Of a stretch of DNA of 64,000 nucleotides, positions 12,371 through 25,669 are shown piece by piece (the first letter of the stretch is position 1; each line of letters begins with the position of its first letter). This stretch comes from Isurus oxyrinchus (lineage: Eukaryota): positions 6,386,001 to 6,450,000 of the forward strand of contig JANJGN010000035.1 in assembly GCA_026770705.1 (NCBI GenBank), given 5' to 3'. The translations under genes and the position numbers were made by a program. The notes below the pieces were generated by a model. The model did not search any database. It was not told the origin of the DNA and saw only the letters and a program-made list of their open reading frames with translations.

Positions 12371-13900
12371 TAAAGTGGCACTGTCATGCTCCAGGGCCTC
12401 GCCAAGGCGGGAATTAACAGGTCCATGTGGCTCGAATGTCTGCACATCTTCTAGGACCACGGTGACCCTCATCTCCGACTATGTTTGCACCTGGGTGCCT
12501 CTGTGGAGGGAACACTACCGTGACCAGTGGGCATCTTAGGGACCGGCGTGTACCATTGACCACCCACAATCAGATTTTAGATTGATCTTTGTCAATTTCT
12601 TTTGTGGTTTTGTCTTTTGTTGCTGATCCCCTTTAAGGGCCTGCCACTTACATTTGTTAGCCTGATCTTTTGCTCATTTGTTAATTTCTGCCCTTTATTT
12701 GTTAATTTGTTATACTCAAAAGAGTGTAAAGAGACCCTAGCCTGTCCCTGGGCCTGGCCAAGTTGGCCATTAACAGATTCAGACAGCAGGCGATGGAGGA
12801 CCGTGCAGCACAAAGGTCTCCCCCTCTTCTGGGGCTACATTCACCCTCTTCCACCTATGTTCACGGCCAGGTGGCCCTGGGACGGTGGATCCTTAGGTGT
12901 CCTGGGGGGTAGGGTTCATTATGAACCACCCCCAGAATCACATTTCCATTTGATTTGTTTTGTTAGTTTCCTTTGTGTGTTTGATCTTTTGTTATGGTTC
13001 CATTTCAAGAGGTTGTCCGCTTTTATTAGCTTAACCTTTTGATAATTTGTCCCCTTTTTGCTCTTTAGTTTGCTATAAAACATTAGAAATAGACGCCAGA
13101 CTGCTCCTGGGACTGCCAAAATGGCCACTAACAGGTCCAAGCAGCGGCTGGTTGCAGTGGCCTTCCAGCCCGAATGCCTACTCCCCATCGGGGACTATAT
13201 TCTTCCACTTCCAAGGCTATGTTCGCGGTCGGGTGCTCATGGAAAGGGAGAACGTGATGTCTACAGATTCTCTTAAGGCATTGCACCATCGCTGGGCTCT
13301 GCGGGTGGCTGGATCATAACCTCCTTAATAATATTTTAACATGATTTTGTAAATTTCTGTTGGAAGCTTGATTTAGTTAGAGTGCCCCATGAGGGACTGT
13401 TAGCCCCATTAAGTTGTTATTTTATTGTTTTATTAAACGGATATGTAAGGAGATACTAGCCTGCTCCTGGGCCAGGCCAACATGGACCTGAACATGTTCA
13501 GACAGCGAGTGGTAGAGCAGTTCATCAGGCCCGAATGTCAGCCCCTCTTCTGGGCTACGTTCACCTTTTTTCCACGGCTATGTTCACACCAGCGTGTTCC
13601 TGGATTGGGAGCACATGGTGCCTGCTGCTACGCTTGAGGCCTTCTGCAATCAATGGACACCTATGGGGCTATCCTCCTTTATTAGCTCTAAAAACGACAT
13701 TGACATCGTATTAGTTCAGTTTACTTTAAAGCTTTTACTTTTGTTACCGTTACCCTTTATGTGGCTGCCAATTTAATTAGTTAATTTGTTAATTAGCTTA
13801 TTTTTGTTGCATTAGTTTACTCAAAAGCGCATAGTGTCAACCCATTTAAGAATCTATTAATTGGTTAAGTTGCTACTGGTTCATTTGATCAACTGACACA
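12371..13900 (+). repeat. Tandem array of four ~360-bp units derived from a Tx1/L1-clade retrotransposon 3' end
   Basis: Unit starts at ~12371, 12731, 13091, 13451. Each encodes relics of LLLGLAKxAINRSRQR...GYVRGRV.MEREN..ST..L.A...RWA, followed by a T-rich 3' UTR. Confidence 0.8.
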
Positions 13901-14179
13901 CTCAAAAGAGGATAAAGAATCAGTGGTCTTGTTTGTTTTGTGTTATAGATTATTAGTTGATTATTGTGCTGGTTTTACGATGCTCAAAATTGCATGATTT
14001 TGATACCTGGATGTTCTACACCTCCTCCTATGTTTTAGGAATTTATTTTGGTAGAGTTTAGGGATGGTTCCGGACCAGTTTGCACATCGTTGTAGAGATT
14101 GAAGTTTACCTGACCTAGTTTCAATTATTTGCAGTGATGATCAATGGACTTGGATGAGGCTGCACTTACTTTTAAGCAG

Positions 14180-16020
14180 AGCGCTTCCCCCTCCAGGACC
14201 CTGCAGACTTGATGACCTAGTTGGAAATTACCTGGGAAGTTTGGAATTCCTATGGGGAATCTTCTGCTCCCCAAAAGGCTGGAAAGTCTCTGGCACTGAG
14301 CTAGAGTTGGATATTTCGGACAGTTCAGTGGGATTTACTTGGAGAGTTGCAACAGAAATGTTAGACAGGAAAATCCTCGTCTAACTCCAGGGTAACTACA
14401 GAACTGATCCTGCAAACAGGCACACTGACCACTCCACAACTATCACATCGATACCCCGACTACGCATCTCCAGGACAACTCCCGAATAGGCCTGACTACT
14501 CCTCTGCGCCAAGCTAGACCCCCTCCCAACACCCCCCCCACCCCGCCACCCCCAACACCCCACATCTATCTTGAATAGCATATAAACTGATTTCCTTTCC
14601 CTACCAAACTGATTTAAGCTGGACCAACCTCACACTTTCCATCTGCTACCGGATTCATCTGCCATTCTACCAACATAAAACCTCACCAAGCTACCACCCA
14701 AACCGATTGCTAAATGTGTGCCCTGACACCATGCTTAACTTCTAAACCACTCATCTGCCAACCAATCTACCAGCCACCCTATCTGCATAACGCCTCATTC
14801 ACCTGCTCCCGTACTAATCCACCACCTTAACCACGTTTCACCTCTCCCACCCCGCAATCACCCAGGCTACCCCTTACTAAGTTGCCCGTCTACCTACCTG
14901 CCACTCTATTCATCTACCAGCTAAACACATTTCCAACTCCCTCCTTACTCATTCACACTACACATTACACGCTGTACCCACCTGCCACCCAACTGACCTA
15001 ATGCTTTATCTAATTTCCCCCCTACACATCTCCCACCCAAAACACCTTACCAACTTCCCACATTGCCTACCTACCAAAGTACCTATCTGCTACGTCACCC
15101 TCTAGCCACCTATATCGCCTGCCACCCTTCTGAACTAGCACCCTTTTCACCGCCCTTCCTATTCAGCTGCCACCTGACTCACCTGTCACCTCTTCCAACT
15201 GACAACGTACCCGCTTACACGTTCATAGACTTATCATCCTCCCAACCTGTCCCCCCACCTAGCAGCTTAGCCTCCTGCAATGCGAAGCACATTATAACCA
15301 CCCAAAAAGCAGTTCACGCTTCTGCCACCCTGCTCACCTGCCAATCTAACCACCTACCACATTACTGCCTACCGTCCTAGTCACCTTCCACACTGCACAC
15401 ATGGCACCATAACAAGTACCAAGTTATTTACTTGTTACCTCAACTAACTGGCATGCTAGACAACTGTCAACCTGACAACAACGATTTTATCCACATACCA
15501 ACTCTCCCTCGACCTACCCAAAACATGAACCAAACTATGAACTGCCATACTACCCACCTGATTCATTTCCATCCTGACAACTCATCCAGCACACTCTAAC
15601 TTTCAATGCCCTATCCATCTGCTAGCTGATCTGCCTGCCACCAAGGCCACATGGCTCACGTCCCGCATGCTGGTTTACCCATCTGTCATGCTATCCATCT
15701 CTCAACTTACCCATCTACTACTCACCCAAATGTCACCCTCCCCAACTGGTAAGCTAACAACCTGACAGCTCTCCCAGGTGCCACCCTTTCACATCACCAT
15801 TTGGTGCCCTTAACCATATGCTAAACTGCCCACCTAGGGGCTCACTCATCAACCATTTGATGCATTTGCCAAACTATACGTTTGCCAAAGTAACAACCTG
15901 TTACCCTAACCAACCGTGACCATACTCAGTCAGCCCACCAGCCCTCCAAACACCTAACCCACCTACCACAGCATCAACCTGCTACCCTGCCCTACCCCCC
16001 TCCTCACCCACCTCCTAGCC
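14180..16020 (+). repeat. Dispersed repeat: conserved head plus ~1.6-kb C/A-rich low-complexity body (copy 1)
   Basis: Head ends ctaactccagggtaactac; body is G-poor with (ccacc/ctacc/cacc)n. Confidence 0.55.
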
Positions 16021-16049
16021 AACTGAGCTGGTGGGTAGTTACTCATTGG

Positions 16050-16400
16050 ATGAAGGCTTCCTCGTCCATATATGATCCGTTGCCATTACACTTCATAATG
16101 CTTGGAATCAACAGCGAAGACTCCCATGTAAAGCCCTCTCTCAGGAATACCCCTTTCTTGTCACCTCTGGTGAAATTTATCCTGCCTGGTATAGGACATA
16201 GACAAGAAGCCTGAAGGGGGTGGCCAGGCTATTGATTCTAAGTTGTGATTCGATGAGTATGACTTTGTCACAATGTTTCTGGACAAGCCTGCTCATCAGA
16301 TCAGCCTTGGCACAAGAGCGCCGCATGTCAATAAAGAGTACTTGTGGGGCCTGTAGGCCTGGGTGCACTGTTGTTATTTGCAATATCTACGCGCATGCTG
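16050..16400 (-). mobile_element. CR1-type APE endonuclease fragment
   Basis: ORF 16177-16383 LVQKHCDKVILIES...VYVLY resembles the start of CR1 ORF2 APE. Confidence 0.45.
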
Positions 16401-16739
16401 AGTGTCCCATCTGTTATTTTTTCTATTTCCTTCAGCGGACCGCTACAACCGATGGCCATTTGATTGAGTGGTATGTTAGGCTGCCCTGCAAAGGATGGCA
16501 GCCTTCCTACAGGAATGTAGGAAACCAAATAACTTTGAAAAGACAATCCAGTAGTTTCGTTGAAACCATTACTGAAACTAATTTTGAATTCCATATATAC
16601 TAATTAATTCAATTTAATTCGAGCATCTATTGTGATGGTACTTTTACGTGTAACAACATTAATCAGGACCTCTCAATTGCTAATCCCACAGTGTTAAGAC
16701 TATGCTACAGCGCCAATAAAGTCAGGTAATTTTTAATGA

Positions 16740-18100
16740 AATTCAATTGCTTGCTGTGTTGATTTGAGATAATGCGATAGGTGTTGTTTCAGTTTGAGAT
16801 ACTGCGGGCTTTTTCTTTACACGTATTGCATGATATAGAGCTGTTTCATTAGTTTGAGGGCCTGTGTTAGTTCTAATGTTGTATTGATTTAAGTCGTCAT
16901 AAGAATTAGAGGAGCCGTGTTAACTTGAAAAAATTCAATTATATGGAAGTGTGGCGTTAATTTAAACTGCTATTGTAGTGTTTGGCGTTGTATAGTTTGA
17001 GGTGATTCATTAATTTGAGTGAGTGTCTAACTTTGAGGGAACGTGATTTTCTGAGGTCGTGCATTAGTTTTAGGCAGTATAAATGTTTGAAATTGCGTAT
17101 TAGTTTGAGATGCAGCGTCAGTTGAGATGATTTAACAATTCGAGGCATTACATTTAGCTATTGCAATAACTTGAGTTAGAGTCATAGAATCATAGGGGCC
17201 TACAACACAGAGAAATGCCCTTCGTCCCATCGATTCTGCGCTGGTCAAACAAGTACCTAACTACTCCAATCCCATTTTCCAGCACTAAGCCCACAACCCT
17301 GTAGACCATGGCATCGCAATTGCACACCCATATACTTCTTAAATGCTATGAGGTTTTCTGTCTCTACCAATCTTTCGGCTTGTGAGTTCCAGATTCCCAC
17401 CACCCGTTGGTTGAAAATAACTCTTCCTCGCACCGCCTCTAAACCTCCTGACCATTACCTTCAGCATATGACCTCTCGTTAATGATCCCTCCACCAAGGT
17501 TAAATCTTCCTTCCTGTCTACCCTATCTGTGCCCCTCATAGTTTTATACACCTCAATCATGTCCACCCTCAATCTCAATTGCTCCAGGGAACATAAAACC
17601 AGGCTATTCAATTTCTCCTTATAACTAAATCTCTCCAGCCCAGGCAAAATCCTGGCAAATCTCCTCTGCACTCTCTCTAGTGCAGTCACATCCTCCCTAT
17701 ACTGCAGATTCCAGAACGGTAGGCAATACTCTATGTGTGGCCTAACCAACTGATTTACAGCTGCTGCATAACCATCCTGCGCTTATATTCTATGCCTCGG
17801 CTAATAAAGGCAAGTATCACATATGTCTTCGTACTCAATTTATCTACATGCCCCGCTACGTTAATAGACCGCTGGACACGCACAGCAAGGTCCCCTTGAT
17901 CCTCGGTACTTCCCAATGTCCTACCATTCATACCGTGCTAGTTTGAGATGCAGCATTAGTTTGGGCTAATGTATGATTATGAAGTGCTGCATTGCTTGAT
18001 ACTATTGTATGAAGTGGCAGTACTAGTTTGAAGGTCAGCATTACTTTGAAACATATTGTCAGTTTTAGTAGCTGTTTTAGCTTATTGGACTGTTAGCTTT
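16740..18100 (+). repeat. Degenerate ~18-19-bp minisatellite (cattagtttgaggtgctg-like), interrupted by a CR1 insertion
   Basis: Recurrent (t)tagtttga(g) at 16790-17170 and again at 17931-18070. Confidence 0.6.
17181..17930 (-). mobile_element. CR1 LINE 3' end
   Basis: ORF 17339-17749 VRPHIEYCLPFWNLQYREDVTALERVQRRFARILPGL; catagaatcatag terminal microrepeat. Confidence 0.9.
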
Positions 18101-18129
18101 CGGGCTGAATCATCTGGAGCGACTTTATT

Positions 18130-19590
18130 ACTATATCCCTATTTATTTAGGTAACAATCATAATGTAGAAAAATAAACGTCCCACGACATTTCACAGCCT
18201 TATTACCAAATAAAACGTACACAAGAACACAAAATGGGATAGAAGGATAGATGAGGAAAGGTTTGTCAAGAAGTTATACGTTTTAAAGATTACCTTAAAG
18301 AAGGAAAGCGATGCAAAATTGCGGAGAAATTTAGGATGTTTTTTCTAATTCTTTTCCTGACATTGGAGTCATTTATTGAACATTTATATTTGCGCATTTG
18401 GAGGAACCGCTGCCTGGAACTGCTGCAGTCTGTTTGATTCAGATACACCTACAGTGCTGGTAGGAAGGGAGCTCCAGGATTTTTTACACTTCTCTGTTGC
18501 CTTGTAGATGCTGCATAGGCCTTTGTGCATCAGAGTGATTTACTCGCCTATTCAGCTTAGACGCTTCGGTGCTGAAAGCATGGCCGCCAACAGCGAAGTG
18601 AGCAAATCGTCGCTGGAATTGGAGGAGCCCATATATCGTGGAGTTAGGGAGTATGTTTGCTGAAATCAGGAGGCCATTGTGTGATTTGAAATCAAGGCTC
18701 GGGATGTTGAAATGGAAGCTAACTTAACCGGACGTCAATAGATCCTGGAGCACGGGGACGATGGAGAACTGGGCTTCTCCAAATCGGGATTTAACACAAG
18801 CAAATCTTGGGAACCAATAATCCCAGCACCGACATAATTTTGTGCCGCTCTTTCAAGGAGACCATGACGCAGCGTTGGTGAATTAATACAAGGGCAGAAG
18901 AGCTTTTAATTACCTTAGGTTATAGCGAATAGAAAGAGAGATAACAGGCCAGGATTGTGTTCAGCAATGTTCGAGGAGGGAATATTCAGCCTTAGTGGTG
19001 ATCCGGATATCTGGTCAGAAGCTCATCGGCAGGTAAACTATGACACAACGGTTAAAAATAGCTTAGCCTTGCGCAGTTGTCAGGAAGATGAATAGATTTG
19101 GAAATCGAGCTTACAGTCGCGAATGGAGGTGGCGGCATTTGCTTTCCAGGAGGGAAAGAAGTGAGTTGCAACTCAAGTCGCATAACTGCTCTTAAAATTT
19201 AACGTCAGTCGAGGGCAATGCTGAGGTGCTGCTGGAGATCGTCACCCAACATTCGGAAATTGATGTGTGTTATCACCTGATGCTGTGGGAGGGCAGCACG
19301 TGAATGGAAATGGGAAGGGGACAAAGATGCCTACTTGTGGACGAACAGAGCTTACGTGCTGGGGGAGCACGGTGTTTCAGCTGAATCTCTAGTTACACCA
19401 AGTTAGATATGATTGGAGCCAGATGAGTGCAGCCTTGCACAGACGGATAGAACTGAAGATGTTATGGACGAGGGTGGAATATCCAACCATCTGAATAGCC
19501 GCAGATACTTTTAGATGTATCAGGAGAAATAGTTTCCTATTGTGGCAATCACTCACGATGCCATTTGTTGCTTTTGATCTAATTCTTATT
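18130..19590 (-). mobile_element. Degenerate L2 LINE
   Basis: ORF 19389-19640 KATNGIVSDCHNRKLFLLIHLKVSAAIQMVGYSTL..AALIWLQSYL matches the L2 RT pattern (DLSAAFDTVDH..ALAWFxSYL); L2-like tail at 18230-18330. Confidence 0.7.
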
Positions 19591-19599
19591 TCGGTTCCA

Positions 19600-21250
19600 A
19601 TAGTCAAATAATATTTGAAAATTGTGGAATGATCCAGCACTGATCCCTGTGGAGCAATAACCCAGGCCTGCTGCCCCTCTGACCAAGGAACCTTTACTCA
19701 CGCTCTCTGCTTTCTGTCTGGCTAAGATTCTAACTTGTCAATTGTGTCCTCACCTTACATTTCCTGATCATATGCATTCATCAATTTGGGGCAGCCTATC
19801 AAAGGCCGTTCGAAAATCCAGAAATATATTCACTGCATTACCCTTCTCCAATCTTTCCGTTAACTTCTGAAAAATTACATGAGGTTGATAAAGCATGGAT
19901 TGCGCTTTTGAAATCCATGCTGAACATGCTTTATTATATATTTAATTTCCATGTGTCCTTCTCGTCTCAATCCGTTAATGATTCATAATTTTCGTATCAC
20001 CTGTGCCAAACTAGCTAGAACATAATTATTATCCACTGGGAGCACAAATTTTAATTGTCCTTGAGTTTGATTAGTTTGTTGAATACATTTTTTATTTGAT
20101 GTTAAACGTTCTAAATCATTATTCTTCTCAAGTTTCAATGTCATATCTATCTCCCTGGTAAACAATGAAATAAAATAGTTATTTAAGGTTCTGGTCTTTT
20201 CTATTGTTAGAGTTGACATTATGCTATCCATTTCTTCATGGCCATTTTCGGATTCCATTCTTAAATTAATTGAACTTCCTTTAAAAATGTTTTCCTGTTT
20301 GGCTTTATGTTTGTTGGTGATTTAATTGAATAGCATCTCATTGCTCTTCTCTGTCTTTTTCACTTTTTACTAATCTCAGCATGGTTTCTCTTATCACTCA
20401 CTCCTTTGCTGTCTCTGGAGATGATATATGCCTCTACCCTAACTACAGTGTTCCATTATGTATTCACTCATCCACGGAGTATCACTAATGTTTAGTGGTT
20501 TATAAATTTTGACTGAATATGTTTTTTCCTGGTTTCTGTTGCACGCTGTATTTAATGTTTTTCCATTGTTGTTCAAAATCATCCTTTGTCAATATTATTG
20601 TCCATTTTATTGCCCAAAGAGTTATTTTCAAACCATCCAAATCAGCTTTCCTGCAACATGTTAAATTGTTTTTCATCATGCTTATATCACTCTCCATTAA
20701 CATATTGAGCATAATATATTATGATCACAATTTCATAGATCTTTCTCTGAACCGTACTGGTTATGTTGGTTACACAATTAAACGTCGAATTTTACCTTTT
20801 TGGTATTTTTCAATCTCTTTCCATAGAAATGAGTCCTGTACACATTCCCTTTTTGCACCTCTGTTTTTTCAATTAATATTGGAATAACTGAAGTCCCTCG
20901 TTATTAGCCTACATTGGCTGTACATTTCTCAATCCAGCTCCTTGCTACTATTAGGTTGCCTGTAAACTACACCTATTTGGATTGTTGATCCTTTGCTATA
21001 TTTCATTTATACCCATATGATTATATTCTTGTCTTGCTGCTTGCTGTGTTCTTTTTTTCTCCCACTATTATGTTACCCATTATAATCATCCCTTTCTCCC
21101 TGCTAACGTTTCTAAATATGTTCTACGCTGCAATATTTATTGTTCAGCCGTGATTTTTCTGTAGCCATGTTTTAACAGCAGCTATGTTTGACCCGTCCCA
21201 CCGCTTGACTACCCGACGTTCGAGTTTTAATAAGAATAATGGGTGCTTCA
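19600..21250 (-). mobile_element. Degenerate CR1 ORF2 (APE/RT) relic
   Basis: LNNYFISLFTRE, RKADLDGLK..WTII..QQWK; gatccctgtggagc (PQGS on the minus strand). Confidence 0.7.
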
Positions 21251-23739
21251 TTGTCTCTTTTTCATAACTATCTTTTTGGACTCCTGTTGGAGCGCACTAC
21301 TTAATCCATTGCCATCAATAAACTGGCATACTTTTTTTTTTCTTGCTTATGTCGTGATGTTTATACATTTAGGCTGCTTCCGTTTCCCTCATATCCCTTC
21401 CAGATTTTAGTAATTTAAACCTGCCGTCCTCCACATTATCCTCACAGATACTGTGAGAACTCTTTCTGAAACACTGTGACCTGACAACGTTAATACCAGT
21501 CACCCCTTTTCTTTGTGGTACATACGGTTTCCAGTGCAGTGCAACTGTATTCTGCATGAAAAATTGCAGAAACCCTCTTCCCTGAATTATGTGCAGTTTT
21601 GCGATTCAGGTAGAGCTCCATAAATCAAGCTGAATAGTTTACTGAACGACCACTAAATGAAAGACTTATCAAAAGGAATTGACTCCTTGAAAATTACATC
21701 TCTACGAAACAGAATCAATGTGAATCAATTACCGACCATCCAAAGTATAAATTACACACTGAATAATAGAATGAATGAACTCTCTTGCTGCTGCTCCAAG
21801 CAGCCCCTTCCATCTCTATCACAAACGTTTCGCCACATAGATATTCCGGGATGAACTCCAGTCTCTTATTATAAGTGTTTAGCTGATTCTCCGTTGGCAG
21901 CAGCCTTCAGGTAAACATGATTCTAAAGATGCAACCTTCCAGGTATGGCACATCACTTCTTTTTGGAAATCTCAACTCTCTCATCCAACACTGTGTCTGC
22001 ATTTCAATTCCATTTTTGTTGGGACTGCTTCCAGGTTAAGGGCCAACCGCTGACAATGGCCAGTCATTTCTATTTTTCAAAAATAATAATTTAATTATTT
22101 TCAATGGATCCACTTTTTCCTTCAGGCAGCATACCCTAAGAGGACGATGGAGGTCATGGGCTTTCATTGGATTGGTTCTTCCAAAGTACTGCAGTGTCTT
22201 GCCGTTGTCTACTTCACTATTTCAGACCAAAGGAATCTCCTGTTCTTTACAAGCTGCCATCAGGCGCACTGGAATGATTTACAGGCTGACAGTGAGCCTA
22301 TTTGGCCGTGATTTGCCCGCATCTTCCATCTTGAAATGAGACTGAATTTCTGGATCAGAGGTAGGATTAAAAAAAATACAGGTTCCTCAAATTACAATTG
22401 TTACCTAATGTCACTGCTGGTAGGCCAAAGCTTGTCACTCTCAAATGGCTTTCTTATGATGTTTATCTTCCCAGTAGCATCCGCATTACAAGGGCACTTT
22501 GCCGAACTGAGGTGAGTGCCCAAATTCCCTGTTATACTTTGAGTCGCATGTTCATTCCAAAACATAACATGTACAATTCAGCATCCATGATCATCTGCTA
22601 CTCGCGCTACAGCTGAATGGCAGTGAGCACGATAGATTCGAGATTGCAGAAAAGCTGGGACAATTAGCTCGGGGCCGTCGAAAAGCTCTCAGCTTCGGCA
22701 ACCCAGGCAAATTGCTTGTCATACCAAGAATGGCATTTGCTTATTTCGTCAGTTATACTCTTTATTCAACCATTATAAACTATTATTTTAATCTATTTAA
22801 CTAGTTGAGCTAATATATTTAAAACAGTTTTTTTTCGCAATTGCACCAATTTGAAAAATAAATCTTTCAAAGTCTCAAAATAATTACCCATCTGCTCGCC
22901 TAATTAGTGCCCCAAGGCTTCAGCTCTCAGAACTCTTTGACTTCTGTTCTCTCCCTCAGGTGACTCGTAATTTCGTAAATTACTGAAACAGCACGTGTTT
23001 TCTCACTGTCCCAAGTTACCTGACTCATCAAATTCCTTTAGTAAAACGTGGGTAGAAGCAAAACTCGCAATGACTTTATGCTTCTTACAGTGTAGTCACA
23101 AAGGCAAAGTAATTGAACTGGATATGTAATCATATTCTCTGAATACAGAGTATAATTTTCAAATCTTCGGGAAAACTATGGAATAGGTTCTAAATTTGCA
23201 GACACTCTAGAGGGGGAATGAGAAGAAAGTAGCAGAGATAGCAGACAAAGAATTCCTCCAGCACGAATCGCAATATGCCATCACCAATATCGAGCACAAT
23301 GTTTCTCCTCAGTTTTGAGAACACAGCGGCTTATCCGGCACAGTGCACAAAATGGCTTCCGAGTACTGATTGGAGTTTTCAATGCCAACTTAAAATAGTG
23401 TTTCCCCTTGGTCGTCGAACGAGAACAAAAGGCCCTAAAAAAAGATACTGGAATCGTGATTTAACGGTCTGAGCGAACTAACGTTAACTGGGAATGGATT
23501 CAATTTTCTTATGCTGGGAGGGCCAATTTCTGTTTGGTGCCGCTAGATCTACTTCAAAAAAAGGACGTCAGATGCTGTCAGGGAGCCATCTTATTTTGGA
23601 ATGGTATCGGGAATGCTACTTTAGATTAATTATTTTGGAAGCCATTTTCTGTTTGCTATTAGGGATGTCTCTTTGAGTTCTGTATTAAGAGCATCAATTG
23701 TGCTCAGTGCAGAATGGAGTCTTGCCCTTTTGTATTTTT

Positions 23740-23960
23740 GAAGTTCCTTCCTGGGATGCGGGCGTCGCTGGTTGGGCCCATTAATAGTCATAGAGAAGTG
23801 AATGCACTTAAGGCTCTATCACATTGCTGTGGGTCTTGAGCTACATATGGGCCACAGCCGTTAGGGCAGCAAATATCCTTCCCTAAAGACTTTTAAGTCC
23901 AGATATCCATTTATTGTATTCAAATTTCACCATCTGCCCGGTTCCCAAAGGATAGATTGA
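23740..23960 (-). mobile_element. SINE/CR1-tail fragment (related copies at ~16430-16700 and ~50850-51160)
   Basis: gggatgcgggcgtcgctgg...cacattgctgtgggtct...attcaaatttcaccatctgcc is shared in part with the other copies in the window. Confidence 0.55.
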
Positions 23961-24996
23961 TCATCGGCAGATATCAAAATGTTTCCCTGGATGATTGAAA
24001 ATCTTGTTCCAGTCTTCAGCATAGTTTTTAGCAGTTGCCATTTGGCATCAGTGTTCGTTTCGATAGATAGCTTGATGTCATGGAAGCATGATTTATATTC
24101 TAAAAATAACCTGATGTTTTGCTGATTTTGCAGTTTATTCATTTATGTTCATTGTTTTGAAATAATTTAATTCACGCTGCCAATCACAGGTGAGGGGATC
24201 TCTCAAACAATCCACCGAGACTAAACTTCTCTTCACTGCTGACGTTTCTCTCTGACTATAATTACTGTATGTGATGAAAAGTGGGTGGCGTTGGTGTTTG
24301 ACTGCATAGGCTCTTTTGGTAACCTATCAAATTATAACTGGATTCCAAAGGTATTGCATTAACCACCTCATCGTCTTACGAGCAGTGATGAGACATCAAA
24401 GTAATATCAATAGATTACGAAAAAAAGGAACATTAGTATGAATAGTATTTGCACTCACTGTGGAACATGAGTTTTTGCACGAATGGAGATATTGGGAGGA
24501 TGCCTCTAATTCCAACAAACAACTTGTTTCCTGGTTGTCTACCCGGTCAGCATTTTAAATGATGGTTGTTTAAGGAAGCATGGCATTATAAAAGATAACG
24601 GAATTGACCCTGATGCACCTTTAGGAAAAACCCACTTTTCTTTCCTTGGTTCGTTGGAAGAATGTTATTAAGGGAAGCAGCTGTTCACAGGTGGCATGCT
24701 GTCAATGTACCATCCACGGACGCTGCTCGTTCTCTACGTAAGCTACATATTTTTCACATATATATTAGCTTGGAGTGGTGCCCAGAACTGATGGTGGCGT
24801 TTCAGATGCTTATTATTCATCCATTATTAAAATGTGCGAGTGGAGTGTTTACCATCAAGGTGATTAAGTCGGACGCTAAGACGCCGACATGAAAAAGTGA
24901 CCCACAATTCTCAAAGTCATAACCGAAGCATGACTGAAGACTCAATCCTGGACTTACATTCCTTCATTGCACACTATCGCTAGGCACAAGTTAGAA

Positions 24997-25135
24997 AGGG
25001 GTGGGCATCGAGTGGGAGAGGAGGGGGTGGGTTTTTTGGAGGGGTGGGGGATGGGGGGTGGGGTTTGGGTGGCGGGGTGGGGGGGGGGGTGCTGGGTGGC
25101 GGCGGTTTGGGGAGTGGGGTGTGTGTGTGGGGGCA
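24997..25135 (+). repeat. G-run tract with G-quadruplex potential
   Basis: More than 12 runs of >=3 G in ~140 bp. Confidence 0.7.
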
Positions 25136-25669
25136 GCTTCGCCTGACCGTGCCTGAGACTCACTTCCTTATGATCTGGGACTTTTTTTCCCTAAAGTAAC
25201 GAACTTTTGACTGCTGGGTAACTTTCAGTAGTAGGAAGCTTATCTGATACTCCCCATCCTAATCCAGGAGTTATTAAAAATTGGTCAGGATCTTTGACAT
25301 GAACGAACTCCTTCCAATGAAAACTAGCATTAATTGGTGATGGTCAGAAGCAGAATATGGGTCTGATTACGGCTTCCTGGAACAGCATCTCAGATATGGC
25401 CTCTGCCAGTAGCTGTTCAATTAATTAACAAATTCACTTTGGTACTATGATTGAAGAAACCTCCTTCACTTGGACATACAATGCATTGGAGATATCCAAC
25501 ACAAACTGCATTACAAAGATAGTTTTTCTACCAAATATTCTTATTTTCCACGTTATGCCAGTGGTTCTTTAGCCATTCAGTTTAAATTATTGTCCTCTAT
25601 TTTTCGGTACTTCCAGAAAGGTGCACACTTTCTTCCTATCTACTCTGATCCCAAATGACTTGAATCCCT

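Noticed and set aside
16740-18100. CRISPR-like repeat/spacer pattern
   Set aside because: Eukaryotic context, short degenerate units without unique spacers, no cas genes.
21600-23500. Exon-like, coding-looking stretches (also 28500-28800 and 31830-32130)
   Set aside because: No recognisable domain or consistent reading frame.
24250-24325. Candidate exon 1 for the 29230 GPCR pseudogene
   Set aside because: Has a ggtaac donor-like end but no YYP motif or convincing start.
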